DNA of 64,000 bases from sequence record OR699282.2. One strand, 5' to 3'. A model generated the notes under the pieces. It did not search any database and was not told the DNA's origin. It saw nothing but the letters and a program-made list of their open reading frames with translations. The translations under genes were made by a program, and so were the position numbers. Shown in pieces: positions 1 through 8,397 of this stretch; the stretch's first letter is position 1; every line of letters starts with the position of its first letter.

Positions 1-138
1 AGTAGGCAGAGGAAGTCTGCCGTACTTTGTAGTTTCCAAGCTCCTTTTCCATTTTTCAAATTACATCAAATGTAATCAAAAGTAATCACGCAATGATTAG
101 TACTGAATTATTACTTTCACCTTAATTTCAATTACCCC

Positions 139-156
139 TTTACCCTTCGGGGTAAA
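139..156 (+). other. hairpin TTTACCC-TTCG-GGGTAAA
   Basis: Perfect 7-bp stem with C(UUCG)G loop. Confidence 0.6.
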
Positions 157-365
157 ATTCCATTACCCCTTGAGGCTCCAGCAAAAAGTTGGTTAGTACT
201 CCATCCTAAATCTCGATCCTAAAAATTTTGGAGTACCTATGAAATAAAAGTTGGATCTTCGAAAGTTGAAATTTACGTTGGGACGTTTATGATTTGTGGG
301 ATATAATGATGTTTGTAGTCGGGTAGTTCTCAAGAATATCAGTACTGAATGGTGAAAGAAAGTTA

Positions 366-393
366 TTGACATTATGATTCAGTACTGTATAAT
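366..393 (+). promoter_or_regulatory. sigma70 promoter
   Basis: TTGACA-16-TATAAT with AGTACT at 381. Confidence 0.8.
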
Positions 394-577
394 GTTCTAC
401 ATAGAGAGATGAGTTGCTGCGAACAATTCATTTACTCTACCTCCTGTCGTGAGACAGTACAGAAAAGATAGTTCCTCCTGTGGTGGTACATCTTTTTGAA
501 CCTCATATGAAAATCGTAATAACAGTACTGATATTAACAGAATGGTGTCAGTACTGATTTTAATCTAAATCATTATG

Positions 578-597
578 CCACCAGCACAAGCTGGTGG
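578..597. other. two inverted Chi sites forming a hairpin
   Basis: CCACCAGC-ACAA-GCTGGTGG; GCTGGTGG is the enterobacterial RecBCD Chi octamer. Confidence 0.75.
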
Positions 598-776
598 ATT
601 CCCTCTAACAGTATTCAGTACTACATGATAGTCTTCATCCTCCTAGGGTAACATAGTGAGGGCTATGATGGCAGTACTGAATACTCCCTTTCAAAAGATA
701 GATCTATGGTATAGTACTGACGGATTTTGGGTGTAGTTACCCTGGATGGATTTTGGGCGTAGATATGTCTAGCCCT

Positions 777-912
777 CCAGAAGTCTGGAAGTAAAGATGG
801 CTATCCATCTAGACGGCTAAACGGCTAGATTTCTGGATGGCTGGATGGCTAGACGTTTGGACGGCTAAACGGCTAGATGGTTACACGTCTGGAAGTATAG
901 ACGGCTAAATCA
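777..912. repeat. degenerate 8-bp tandem array, 17 units
   Basis: Units such as CTAGACGG, CTAAACGG, CTGGATGG, CTGGAAGT in exact 8-nt register. Confidence 0.85.
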
Positions 913-1059
913 AAATTTTATTTTGTTTTTTCCAATAGTTCCCCTACCGCGTGGGGATAGTTTCCCCGCAGTATCTGGTGTTAGATTTTTCTGAATCTGG
1001 AATCATTATCTTATAAACTGGGGGCAATGTCAACGACCTGGACGGATATTTTTAAAAAT

Positions 1060-1158
1060 TTTTTCAGTACTGAATTTTGGGCGTAACTATGCACCCGGTG
1101 GGCTGGAGTCTTTCTCGACTTGATGGAACTATTATACAGTACTGGAAAAATAAAGCAA
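1060..1158 (-). ncRNA. candidate small RNA cassette, CCCA-GGGTGC family copy 1
   Basis: TTGCTT-16-TATAAT (1158-1131), core AGCCCACCGGGTGC at 1104-1091, no ORF. Confidence 0.45.
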
Positions 1159-1188
1159 TACCCTGGAAGCAAAAAAGTTTTAATTAAT

Positions 1189-1280
1189 TTGCTTGCTATC
1201 CTGGGCCGGACTATGGTACTATAATTCAGTACTGAGAAAGTGCGTTTGCCTGCTAGGGTGCGGGAGTGTATCCTTTTTTT
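1189..1280 (+). ncRNA. candidate small RNA cassette copy 2 (degenerate)
   Basis: Core GCCTGCTAGGGTGC 1248-1261 then GGGAGTGTATCC; weak promoter TTGCTT-17-TATGGT. Confidence 0.3.
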
Positions 1281-1284
1281 ATAT

Positions 1285-1374
1285 CTTGAATTTTGGGCGT
1301 AATTCCGCACCCTCTGGGGTTTCCGCTTTCTCGTGTCTATGTAGTAATTATACGCTTTTTCAGGATCAAGTCAA
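1285..1374 (-). ncRNA. candidate small RNA cassette copy 3
   Basis: TTGACT-16-TATAAT (1374-1347), core ACCCCAGAGGGTGC 1320-1307. Confidence 0.4.
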
Positions 1375-1526
1375 TACCTAAAAACAAAATAATTGAAAAT
1401 AATTTAACGCGTTTAAACGGCCTGTAAAGCCCTGGAATGATTGGAATGGTGCAAATGTATAGCTTATGTGTATTAATGCGTTAGAATGCGTCTGAGGCCG
1501 TTTTTTGGGGTGTAGTAGTGATTTGG

Positions 1527-1619
1527 TTGATTCAGTACTGAATAATAGTACTCCTATATAGAAAGATAGTTCCCCTGGATTGATTCAGTACTGAATAATA
1601 GTACTCCTATATAGAAAGA
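1527..1619. repeat. 40-bp direct repeat, 2 copies, period 53
   Basis: TTGATTCAGTACTGAATAATAGTACTCCTATATAGAAAGA at 1527 and 1580. Confidence 0.85.
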
Positions 1620-1733
1620 AAACTATTTTAAAAGTATTTGTAGAAAGTACTTGCACCGTACTGATAAAAGCGTATAATGTTTTACATCGAGAGCGGGAAC
1701 ACTTCCCGCTACACTTTAAAAGAGATGAAAACG

Positions 1734-2096
1734 ATGGCGACTCAAATCAATAAAATCATGCTTAACCTGGTAAACTTCCGCGATGAGATGAAAGGTCTTC
1801 CGGCTGAAACTGTAAAAATTCACATTGCAGCTTATCGGGAACTTATTGCAATGTTGCCGCTTAAGCGTGAACAATACGCCGCTACTTTGATGCTGGATTC
1901 AATGATCCATATAATGATCTCAAATGATTTGACGATGGTTTATCAGTATATGGGCGAAAATTTCGCGGTGTGTAGTAAGCCAGTACCAGGGATGGCAACA
2001 ACTGAGGAATTGCACGGCTTAAACTTAAAACAAGATGCATGGGATAATATGCCTCGTTTCCTGGTATGGGCTGACAGTGGCAAAATTTACAAATAA
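1734..2096 (+). CDS. hypothetical early protein
   Basis: Promoter 1651, leader hairpin, SD, start moved from 1677 to MATQ. Confidence 0.8.
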   Translation: MATQINKIMLNLVNFRDEMKGLPAETVKIHIAAYRELIAMLPLKREQYAATLMLDSMIHIMISNDLTMVYQYMGENFAVCSKPVPGMATTEELHGLNLKQDAWDNMPRFLVWADSGKIYK

Positions 2097-2190
2097 GTTT
2101 AATAAAGTACTTGCATACTAAGTTAAAACAAGTATAATACTTTCTATCAGGTGGGGAATAGTTCCCCACTATAATTAAGAGATTAATTTT

Positions 2191-2424
2191 ATGAGTACTA
2201 TTTTAACTGTTTCTCAATCCGTTGCACTGACTGACCTATTAAACGCTTTAAGCCGTTGCACTGAGGTTGGCTTGTTTGATGTGGTTGACGTTGCACCGGA
2301 CGTTATTAATCATTTTTGTGATGCGATGGAAGAATGTAAGGAAGATGATAGCCGTATGATGGCGGTCGCCTTTGAGGAAGTACAGCCAGGTGAGATCAAA
2401 GGTTTACCAGTACTGAAAAAATAG
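2191..2424 (+). CDS. hypothetical early protein
   Basis: ORF behind promoter 2111 and leader hairpin. Confidence 0.8.
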   Translation: MSTILTVSQSVALTDLLNALSRCTEVGLFDVVDVAPDVINHFCDAMEECKEDDSRMMAVAFEEVQPGEIKGLPVLKK

Positions 2425-2506
2425 TACTTGCAAACTAAGTTTAAAAGCGTATAATGTTTTACATCAGGTGGGGAATAGTTCCCCACTATATAAGAGGATT
2501 AAAAAA

Positions 2507-2746
2507 ATGGCAAAATCAAAAATGTTCTTAGGTCACAAAAACAAAACTCATTGGAATGTAAGCCTGTGGATTAATAACGATGAGGGATTGTATCGGTTGG
2601 CCCTGGATTTTATTAACGACAACACTAATCGCAATGATGCGGCCCGTCATATGATGTTATTTTTAGAACAGACTGGACAAGATAAAACACCGGACGGATT
2701 CAAATATAGCACTACTGCGATCCGTGCGGCGATGGTTGGAATGTAA
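2507..2746 (+). CDS. conserved phage protein, GHKNKTHWNVSLWINN family; paralog of 4620
   Basis: SD GAGG, paralog shares identical 3' DNA. Confidence 0.85.
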   Translation: MAKSKMFLGHKNKTHWNVSLWINNDEGLYRLALDFINDNTNRNDAARHMMLFLEQTGQDKTPDGFKYSTTAIRAAMVGM

Positions 2747-2836
2747 TAGAATAGAATTTATTTAAAGTACTATCGCAAAAAATGATAGTACTTTATAATA
2801 GTGTTTTATTCATACACCAACGATAAGGGCAACAGC

Positions 2837-3103
2837 ATGAATATTAAGTATTTTGCGACGCGTGAACAAGCTCGGATCGCCGCACGCCAGGACGGGGCAA
2901 CGTTTAAAGATATGGGCGTACAATCGGAACGTGGTAAACGTTGGGCCATTGTAAAGCGTAGTACCGCCAGATCATTACAGTACTGGTTAGCGGCCTTAAA
3001 AAGTCCCGATAGTGTATCGCGTCGAGTGGTAGAAATAAAGCTCGACCGAAAGGGCAACCGCGTGACCGTGTACCGTACTAAAAAGATTGCAGTACTTGAA
3101 TAA
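2837..3103 (+). CDS. hypothetical protein, paralog of 16016
   Basis: Shared motifs FATRExAR..FKDMG..RWA and DRKGNRVTVY. Confidence 0.8.
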   Translation: MNIKYFATREQARIAARQDGATFKDMGVQSERGKRWAIVKRSTARSLQYWLAALKSPDSVSRRVVEIKLDRKGNRVTVYRTKKIAVLE

Positions 3104-3190
3104 AAAGTACTTGCAAACTAAGTTTAAAAGCGTATAATGTTTTACATCGAGAGCGGGAACACTTCCCGCCTATAACCTGGAGTAATAAAA

Positions 3191-3421
3191 ATGACTAATA
3201 TGTATATGACTGAAGTTAAAACCGTAAAAGATACTACCACAAATAAAGTTACTTACTTACAGCGGATCTGTGGTGTATGGCAACGTATCAGCAAATCAAA
3301 GTACTTTAAATTAACATCATATGCAAACCGTTCGGATTCATTCAGTACTGAAATAAAAGGTAATAAAGTACACCAATATGGCACTTATTATTATTATAGC
3401 CTGGACGCGATTGCAGTATAA
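3191..3421 (+). CDS. hypothetical early protein
   Basis: Promoter 3111, SD GGAG. Confidence 0.8.
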   Translation: MTNMYMTEVKTVKDTTTNKVTYLQRICGVWQRISKSKYFKLTSYANRSDSFSTEIKGNKVHQYGTYYYYSLDAIAV

Positions 3422-3451
3422 GCAGTTTACAAATCTTTACAATTGCCGGTA

Positions 3452-3535
3452 TTGACTTATTTTGTCAGTACTGGCATAATGTATTCATTGGCAGATAAGC
3501 CGTAGCCCATAGGGTGCGGGAGTGTATCTATAGAA
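3452..3535 (+). ncRNA. candidate small RNA cassette copy 4
   Basis: TTGACT-17-CATAAT, core AGCCCATAGGGTGC 3504-3517, GGGAGTGTATCT. Confidence 0.5.
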
Positions 3536-3544
3536 AAATTAGTT

Positions 3545-3624
3545 TAGTATAGTTACAATTGTGCACCCGGTGGGTTAGCTGTTGTCATGTGGTATATTAT
3601 GCCAGTACTTGATAATGCTGTCAA
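3545..3624 (-). ncRNA. candidate small RNA cassette copy 5 (convergent with copy 4)
   Basis: TTGACA-17-CATAAT (3624-3596), core AACCCACCGGGTGC 3576-3563. Confidence 0.5.
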
Positions 3625-3705
3625 TACTTTTTTTTACTATTCAGTACTGAAAACTATTTTTAAAAAGTACTTGCAAACTATGTTTAAAGGCGTATAATGT
3701 TTTAC

Positions 3706-3780
3706 ATCAGGACGGGGAACGAAATAAGTAACTTCCCGTTAAGTAGCCCAGGAGTAAGGCACACGAAAAACTCCCCTGAT
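3706..3780 (+). ncRNA. candidate three-way-junction RNA, copy 1
   Basis: Behind promoter 3671; ATCAGG/CCTGAT closing stem, ACGGG/CCCGT and GGAG/CTCC arms; no ORF before the next promoter at 3789. Confidence 0.5.
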
Positions 3781-3848
3781 AAAATAGTTTGACAAATGTT
3801 TTTAAAAGCGTATAATACTTACATCAACTACTGAATGAGGGTTACAAA

Positions 3849-4537
3849 ATGAAAACTATCACTACTACTACTTTCGTTATGGATTTTTCTGAATTGAACG
3901 CAGAACAAAAAACGTCAGCTATCGAACTGGTTCGGGAACGTGAAAAAAACTCAAACGACATTTTTCTGAATTGAACGCAGAACAAAAAACGTCAGCTATC
4001 GAACTGGTTCGGGAACGTGAAAAAAACTCAAACGACAATTATTTTTCTGAAAGTGAAATTGAATACTATAAAGAAACAGTACTACCGGAATATGGCATTA
4101 ATGACGCTGAAATACAATTCAGTGGTTTTTGGTCCCAGGGTGACGGTGCATCAATCAGTACTGACCACGTTGACGCAGTGAAGTTTTTACGCAAGGTAAG
4201 AGCATTAACTAAGTATCGCTCAATCCGTCACTTGCTGAATGAAGATGATTTGGCGATGAGTGTAAAGCGTTCGCACTCCCACTACTCGCATGAGAATACT
4301 GTAAGCGGGTACATTGAATCGGCTTACACTGATTTAACCGCAAAACAAGAAACGTTAGTTAATGAGCTTGAGGAACTACTCACTGAAACTATTCGTGAAT
4401 TGTCCCGCAAGTTGTACCGTGATTTAGAGAATGCATATGAGGATCAATTCACTACTGAAAACATTACGGCACTGATTGAGGGTAACGAGTATCAATTCAA
4501 TGTTATTGATGGCGTAGTGGAATCAATCGAATATTAA
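3849..4537 (+). pseudogene. FSGFWSQGDGA-motif phage/plasmid protein, frameshifted by a 77-bp tandem duplication
   Basis: ATG 3849 with SD GAGG; 3884-3960 repeated at 3961-4037; reading stops at ..NDIFLN*, rest is in ORF 3971-4537. Confidence 0.65.
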
Positions 4538-4619
4538 TTTAAAAAGTACTTGTTTAAAGGCGTATAATACTTTATATCGAGGCGGGGAGTGGTTCCCCGC
4601 TCAAACGAGGATTAAAAAA

Positions 4620-4859
4620 ATGGCTAGTACTAAAACTTACAACGGGCACAAAAACAAAACTCATTGGAATGTAAGCCTTTGGATTAATAACGGTGAGTCA
4701 TTGTATCGGCTTGCTCAAAGTTGCATCGCACAAAGTAGAACTAAAGATATTGCAGCGGAATGTATGTACCGCAGATTAAAAGCCAACGGTACTACTACAA
4801 CGCCGGACGGATTCAAATATAGCACTACTGCGATCCGTGCGGCGATGGTTGGAATGTAA
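4620..4859 (+). CDS. conserved phage protein, paralog of 2507
   Basis: GHKNKTHWNVSLWINN and TPDGFKYSTTAIRAAMVGM identical. Confidence 0.85.
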   Translation: MASTKTYNGHKNKTHWNVSLWINNGESLYRLAQSCIAQSRTKDIAAECMYRRLKANGTTTTPDGFKYSTTAIRAAMVGM

Positions 4860-4916
4860 TATTCAGTACTGAGATAATGGCGGGTAATAGTTCCCGCCTT
4901 TACTGAGGGTTATCTA

Positions 4917-5204
4917 ATGAGTAAAGTAATAAAGTACAATGTGTTAAGCAAATCATTGTCTATCAGTGAATGCACCGATGGTTTTTGGATGTACGATGAA
5001 ACGCGTGGCATGAATTTAGCTATGCGTGCAAAAACTGCTGAGGCGGCGTATATTCAAGCACTGGAATACTACCAGGAACGTTTAAAGGAAGTAGAAGAAG
5101 ATTATAAAAGCCTCAAAGCGAAAGTAGATCATTTCGTCGGTCAATTCGTGGAAGACAACGACGAGGACGGGCACTACTGCGACCGTTGCGGATCTTACAG
5201 TTAA
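4917..5204 (+). CDS. hypothetical protein
   Basis: ORF with SD GAGG. Confidence 0.8.
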   Translation: MSKVIKYNVLSKSLSISECTDGFWMYDETRGMNLAMRAKTAEAAYIQALEYYQERLKEVEEDYKSLKAKVDHFVGQFVEDNDEDGHYCDRCGSYS

Positions 5205-5221
5205 GTACTGAGGATTATCTA

Positions 5222-5425
5222 ATGAGTGATTTAATCGACCGCATCAAAGAGCTTGAAGAAAAAGAATTGCAGTTGATCGGGTTACGGAATAAAGTATTCC
5301 ATGATTTAGGTGGCTTTATTAATGCCTGGGATAGTGGCGATCCTGATGCGTTACCTGCTAACCGCCAGGCGATGATCAATGATGTGCGTGGTGTCTTTGA
5401 GTATGTTTTAAAGCAATTAAATTAA
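5222..5425 (+). CDS. hypothetical protein
   Basis: SD GAGG, start moved to MSDLI. Confidence 0.75.
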   Translation: MSDLIDRIKELEEKELQLIGLRNKVFHDLGGFINAWDSGDPDALPANRQAMINDVRGVFEYVLKQLN

Positions 5426-5511
5426 AAAAGTACTTGCAATTAGTTTTCAGTACTGTATAATGGTTTACATCAAAGGGAGAAATGGTTCTCCCTGGTAATG
5501 AGGAAAATAAA

Positions 5512-5733
5512 ATGGCAAATATCACTACTCTTTCCCAACTGGAAGCACTGGTTAAATCTATGCGGGAACATGCCGACAAAATCGGCGTACAAGATCCAGC
5601 CGTTTGCTTCTGCGACGAATTGAATGATGATACCCTGGTAATAGCAGAAGTCCAGGACGTTTCTAACTATTCCTCGCGTTACACTGGCGGCGTAGCAAAT
5701 AAAGGTGACTTCTGTTTATACCTTACAAAATAA
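5512..5733 (+). CDS. hypothetical early protein
   Basis: Promoter 5434, leader hairpin, SD GAGG. Confidence 0.8.
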   Translation: MANITTLSQLEALVKSMREHADKIGVQDPAVCFCDELNDDTLVIAEVQDVSNYSSRYTGGVANKGDFCLYLTK

Positions 5734-5764
5734 CAACGCGGGGAGATAATAACTCCCCGTTACT

Positions 5765-5868
5765 TTTTCAGTACTGAATCATTTAATAGACGGATCTCGG
5801 CACCCGGTGGGTTAGTGACTGTTTCGTCTTGATGTAGTAATTATGCCAGTACTGGATGCACTTGTCAA
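5765..5868 (-). ncRNA. candidate small RNA cassette copy 6
   Basis: TTGACA-17-CATAAT (5868-5840), GAC-GAAACA-GTC hairpin, core AACCCACCGGGTGC 5813-5800. Confidence 0.5.
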
Positions 5869-5975
5869 CAACTATTTTTCAAATACTTTTTATTAAAATA
5901 CTTGCTAATAGTTTTTAAACGCGTATAATGTTTTGCATAGGGGAGCGGTTCCCCTGGTAACTAAGGAATAAGAAA

Positions 5976-6212
5976 ATGCTTGAACAAATCAAATCAACGT
6001 CTGCTAATGTAACGGGAACGGTATCACACTTTATTGGTGATGAATCGCGGGGCGTTCCCTATTGTGCTGTACATGTAAACACTGAGGGTAACTACTGGTT
6101 TACGGTTTACGGATCATATTCATTTGGACGGCCAGGGCATCAAAAAATTCTGGATAAAGTACAGCCAACGGGTAAAAATATCACGGCTGAAATGTTTTAT
6201 AAAAAATCATAA
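5976..6212 (+). CDS. hypothetical early protein
   Basis: Promoter 5902, SD AAGG. Confidence 0.8.
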   Translation: MLEQIKSTSANVTGTVSHFIGDESRGVPYCAVHVNTEGNYWFTVYGSYSFGRPGHQKILDKVQPTGKNITAEMFYKKS

Positions 6213-6296
6213 AGTACTTGATAATAGTTTTTAGTACTGTATAATATTTTACATAGCACGGGGGAGCGGTTCCCCCTGGTAACTAAGGATAATCAA

Positions 6297-6596
6297 ATGA
6301 AAATTGCAATCATCGCCCTGGCTTTATCTGTTTCCTCTTTCGCTGTTAATGCGTCGTTAGATGTGAGTAGTGAAAAATTCATTCAGTGCACTGTTGCGAT
6401 GACCAATGAAAGTACGGGCGAGATTGTTTTAAAGGATTTAGAGATCCAGCCACAAGCATTTAAAAACGGGCCGTTCCATGAAGAAGACGAAAACGGTAGC
6501 ACAACCATTTACTATGATGCCAGTACTAAACGCGGTTCGGTCACGGTTATGGATACTGAGAAAGTAACTCATACAGGCGTTATTAATTGCCGTTGA
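6297..6596 (+). CDS. hypothetical exported protein
   Basis: N-terminus MKIAIIALALSVSSFAVNA looks like a Sec signal peptide; two Cys. Confidence 0.75.
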   Translation: MKIAIIALALSVSSFAVNASLDVSSEKFIQCTVAMTNESTGEIVLKDLEIQPQAFKNGPFHEEDENGSTTIYYDASTKRGSVTVMDTEKVTHTGVINCR

Positions 6597-6617
6597 TTGA
6601 TACTACGGGGTAACATC

Positions 6618-6848
6618 ATGACAGCACGAATAGTTTTACTTAACGAAAGCAGTACTACACAACTACTTAACGCCGTGCATTATGATATTGAAACGAGCGT
6701 TAATCTTATCAGTACTGTCGTACTGTTGGACACTGGAAAGGTCGCCAATGATAAAGCGATTGCAGGTATACTAACGGATCTTGAGCCTGGTAGCAGTGCA
6801 CCAATAACGTTAAATGGTAAAGTGTTTAACATTTTACTTACTGATTAA
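6618..6848 (+). CDS. hypothetical protein
   Basis: ORF followed by terminator. Confidence 0.7.
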   Translation: MTARIVLLNESSTTQLLNAVHYDIETSVNLISTVVLLDTGKVANDKAIAGILTDLEPGSSAPITLNGKVFNILLTD

Positions 6849-6854
6849 GTACAT

Positions 6855-6876
6855 AGCCCACCTGGTGGGCTTTTTT
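6855..6876 (+). terminator. intrinsic terminator
   Basis: AGCCCAC-CTG-GTGGGCT then T-tract. Confidence 0.85.
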
Positions 6877-6965
6877 GTTTTTGTAGTATCGTAGTACTGA
6901 GATACTTTGAAAATAGTTTTAAAAAAGTAGTTGACATTACCGCAGAAAAGCGTAGAATGTATTAC

Positions 6966-7038
6966 ATCAAGACGGGGAGCACTAAGTAGACCGCCAGTAA
7001 GTCGAACGAAAAACTGGACACGTCGAGAAAACTTTGAT
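6966..7038 (+). ncRNA. structured leader, variant of the three-way-junction RNA
   Basis: ATCAAG/TTTGAT closing stem, shared TAAGTAG and CCAG-TAAG-N4-ACGAAAAA-CTGG modules. Confidence 0.4.
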
Positions 7039-7081
7039 ACACTAATAAACGTAAACTAAACTTTAATTGAGGATTTATAAA

Positions 7082-7564
7082 ATGGCTAATGTAAAATCAT
7101 TCATCAAAGCACTGGTAGCAAATGAAACTAACGTCGCGGCTGAGATCCTGGCTGAACTGGATAACGATACCATGAAAGCGGTACGCAATAATTTTAACAT
7201 CGCGTACAGTACTGCGAAAGAACTACAAGCAAATAAAGCGGCAGAAATTGAAGCGGCAAAGGCGGCCCGTGAAGCAGAACTACAAGCAACAATCGAAAGT
7301 ATTCAGGCGGCAGTAGTTGGATTGGATCTGGAAGTAGTTACAGAGATGGCACAAAAAGCCCTGGCGGTTAAGTATGGGGAAGACAAGCCAGAAGTAAAAG
7401 CCAAAAAATGGATTCAGGAACGCGTAGCGGTAGTACTGGACAACGGGGAAGAATATCTGATTCCGGTGCGTGGTAACTGTATTGCGGTAGTACTGGACGC
7501 GATTAACTCCAGTGGTATGACTCGCGAGGAATGGATCGAAGCTCATCGCAAAGTTGAAGCATAA
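7082..7564 (+). CDS. H-NS/StpA-like protein (diverged)
   Basis: Helical N-terminus, Ala/Glu-rich central helix, C-terminus LDNGEEYLIPVRGNCIAVVLDAINSSGMTREEW aligns by eye to H-NS [34 protein letters not shown]. Confidence 0.6.
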   Translation: MANVKSFIKALVANETNVAAEILAELDNDTMKAVRNNFNIAYSTAKELQANKAAEIEAAKAAREAELQATIESIQAAVVGLDLEVVTEMAQKALAVKYGEDKPEVKAKKWIQERVAVVLDNGEEYLIPVRGNCIAVVLDAINSSGMTREEWIEAHRKVEA

Positions 7565-7585
7565 CAATTAAAGTACTGAATCACT

Positions 7586-7612
7586 AGCCCACCTTAAACG
7601 GTGGGCTTTTTT
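7586..7612 (+). terminator. intrinsic terminator
   Basis: AGCCCACC-TTAAAC-GGTGGGCT then T-tract. Confidence 0.85.
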
Positions 7613-7849
7613 GTGTTTATCGTTTACCAGGCCACCAGCACCGCCTAGAAACGATTCTAACGCATTAAACTGATTATCTGATGCATTGCCCTAGCTGGTG
7701 GCGTTAAGGTCGTTGTAATGCGATTGAGAGCGTTTAAAGTATTTTGCAAAAAGTAATAAAAAGTACTTGCACGATTAAGAGATTAGCGTATAATGTTTTA
7801 CATCGAGAGGGGGAAACGGTTCTCCTTCCAAATCAAAGGAATCAAAACA

Positions 7850-8077
7850 ATGGCTATTATCATTACTCGCGTATCTGGTACTACTGGCAACGAACAAGTA
7901 GTTGCAGTCATTACCAACAAGGAAGGTGCGGAATTGCAAAATGCAATGAATACCTGGGCCGTTAATGAGTTCGGTCAGTGGGCAAGTGTAGCATACATTG
8001 AAACCTATCAAGTGCCGTCGATTAGTTTAACTGATTTGGGCGTTGAGCGTATCCTTTGCCTGGATGAATTAAATTAA
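7850..8077 (+). CDS. hypothetical early protein
   Basis: Promoter 7767, SD AAGGA. Confidence 0.8.
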   Translation: MAIIITRVSGTTGNEQVVAVITNKEGAELQNAMNTWAVNEFGQWASVAYIETYQVPSISLTDLGVERILCLDELN

Positions 8078-8162
8078 AAAAGTACTTGCAAAGTAAATCG
8101 AATAAAGTATAATACATTACATCAAGGGGAGAAATGATTCTCCCCACTACAAGGAAACTAAT

Positions 8163-8306
8163 ATGAAAACTTGTCAATGTGGTCAGAAATCTATTACTGG
8201 TTTAAAGCGGGGCGTTGCTCTTTGCCAGTACCATTATAATTTACAAGTATGGGGTAAAGAATGGGCCGACCAGGTGGAAGCAGCAAAGAAAGCAAAAAGT
8301 AAGTAA
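8163..8306 (+). CDS. small Cys-containing protein, 47 aa
   Basis: MKTCQCG..LCQYH; promoter 8086 and SD AAGGA; below the ORF track cutoff. Confidence 0.7.
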   Translation: MKTCQCGQKSITGLKRGVALCQYHYNLQVWGKEWADQVEAAKKAKSK

Positions 8307-8397
8307 AAATATTATCACAGTACTATTGACATAGTTTGATAGTACTGGCATAATAGATTTTATCAAAACGACACATATTAATTTAAGGAATACCAAA

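Noticed and set aside
1011-1381. ORFs 1011-1310 (-) and 1193-1381 (+)
   Set aside because: No SD, atypical composition, and they run across promoter and repeat elements; probably chance ORFs.
3706-3780. Hammerhead, pistol or twister ribozyme identity for the three-way-junction RNA
   Set aside because: No CUGANGA/GAAA core, and only the UAAGUAG word resembles pistol, without its pseudoknot.
3971-4537. Calling the FSGFWSQGDGA protein an antitoxin
   Set aside because: I recall similar proteins carrying that label in automated annotations, but I know no experimental basis and no toxin partner is adjacent.
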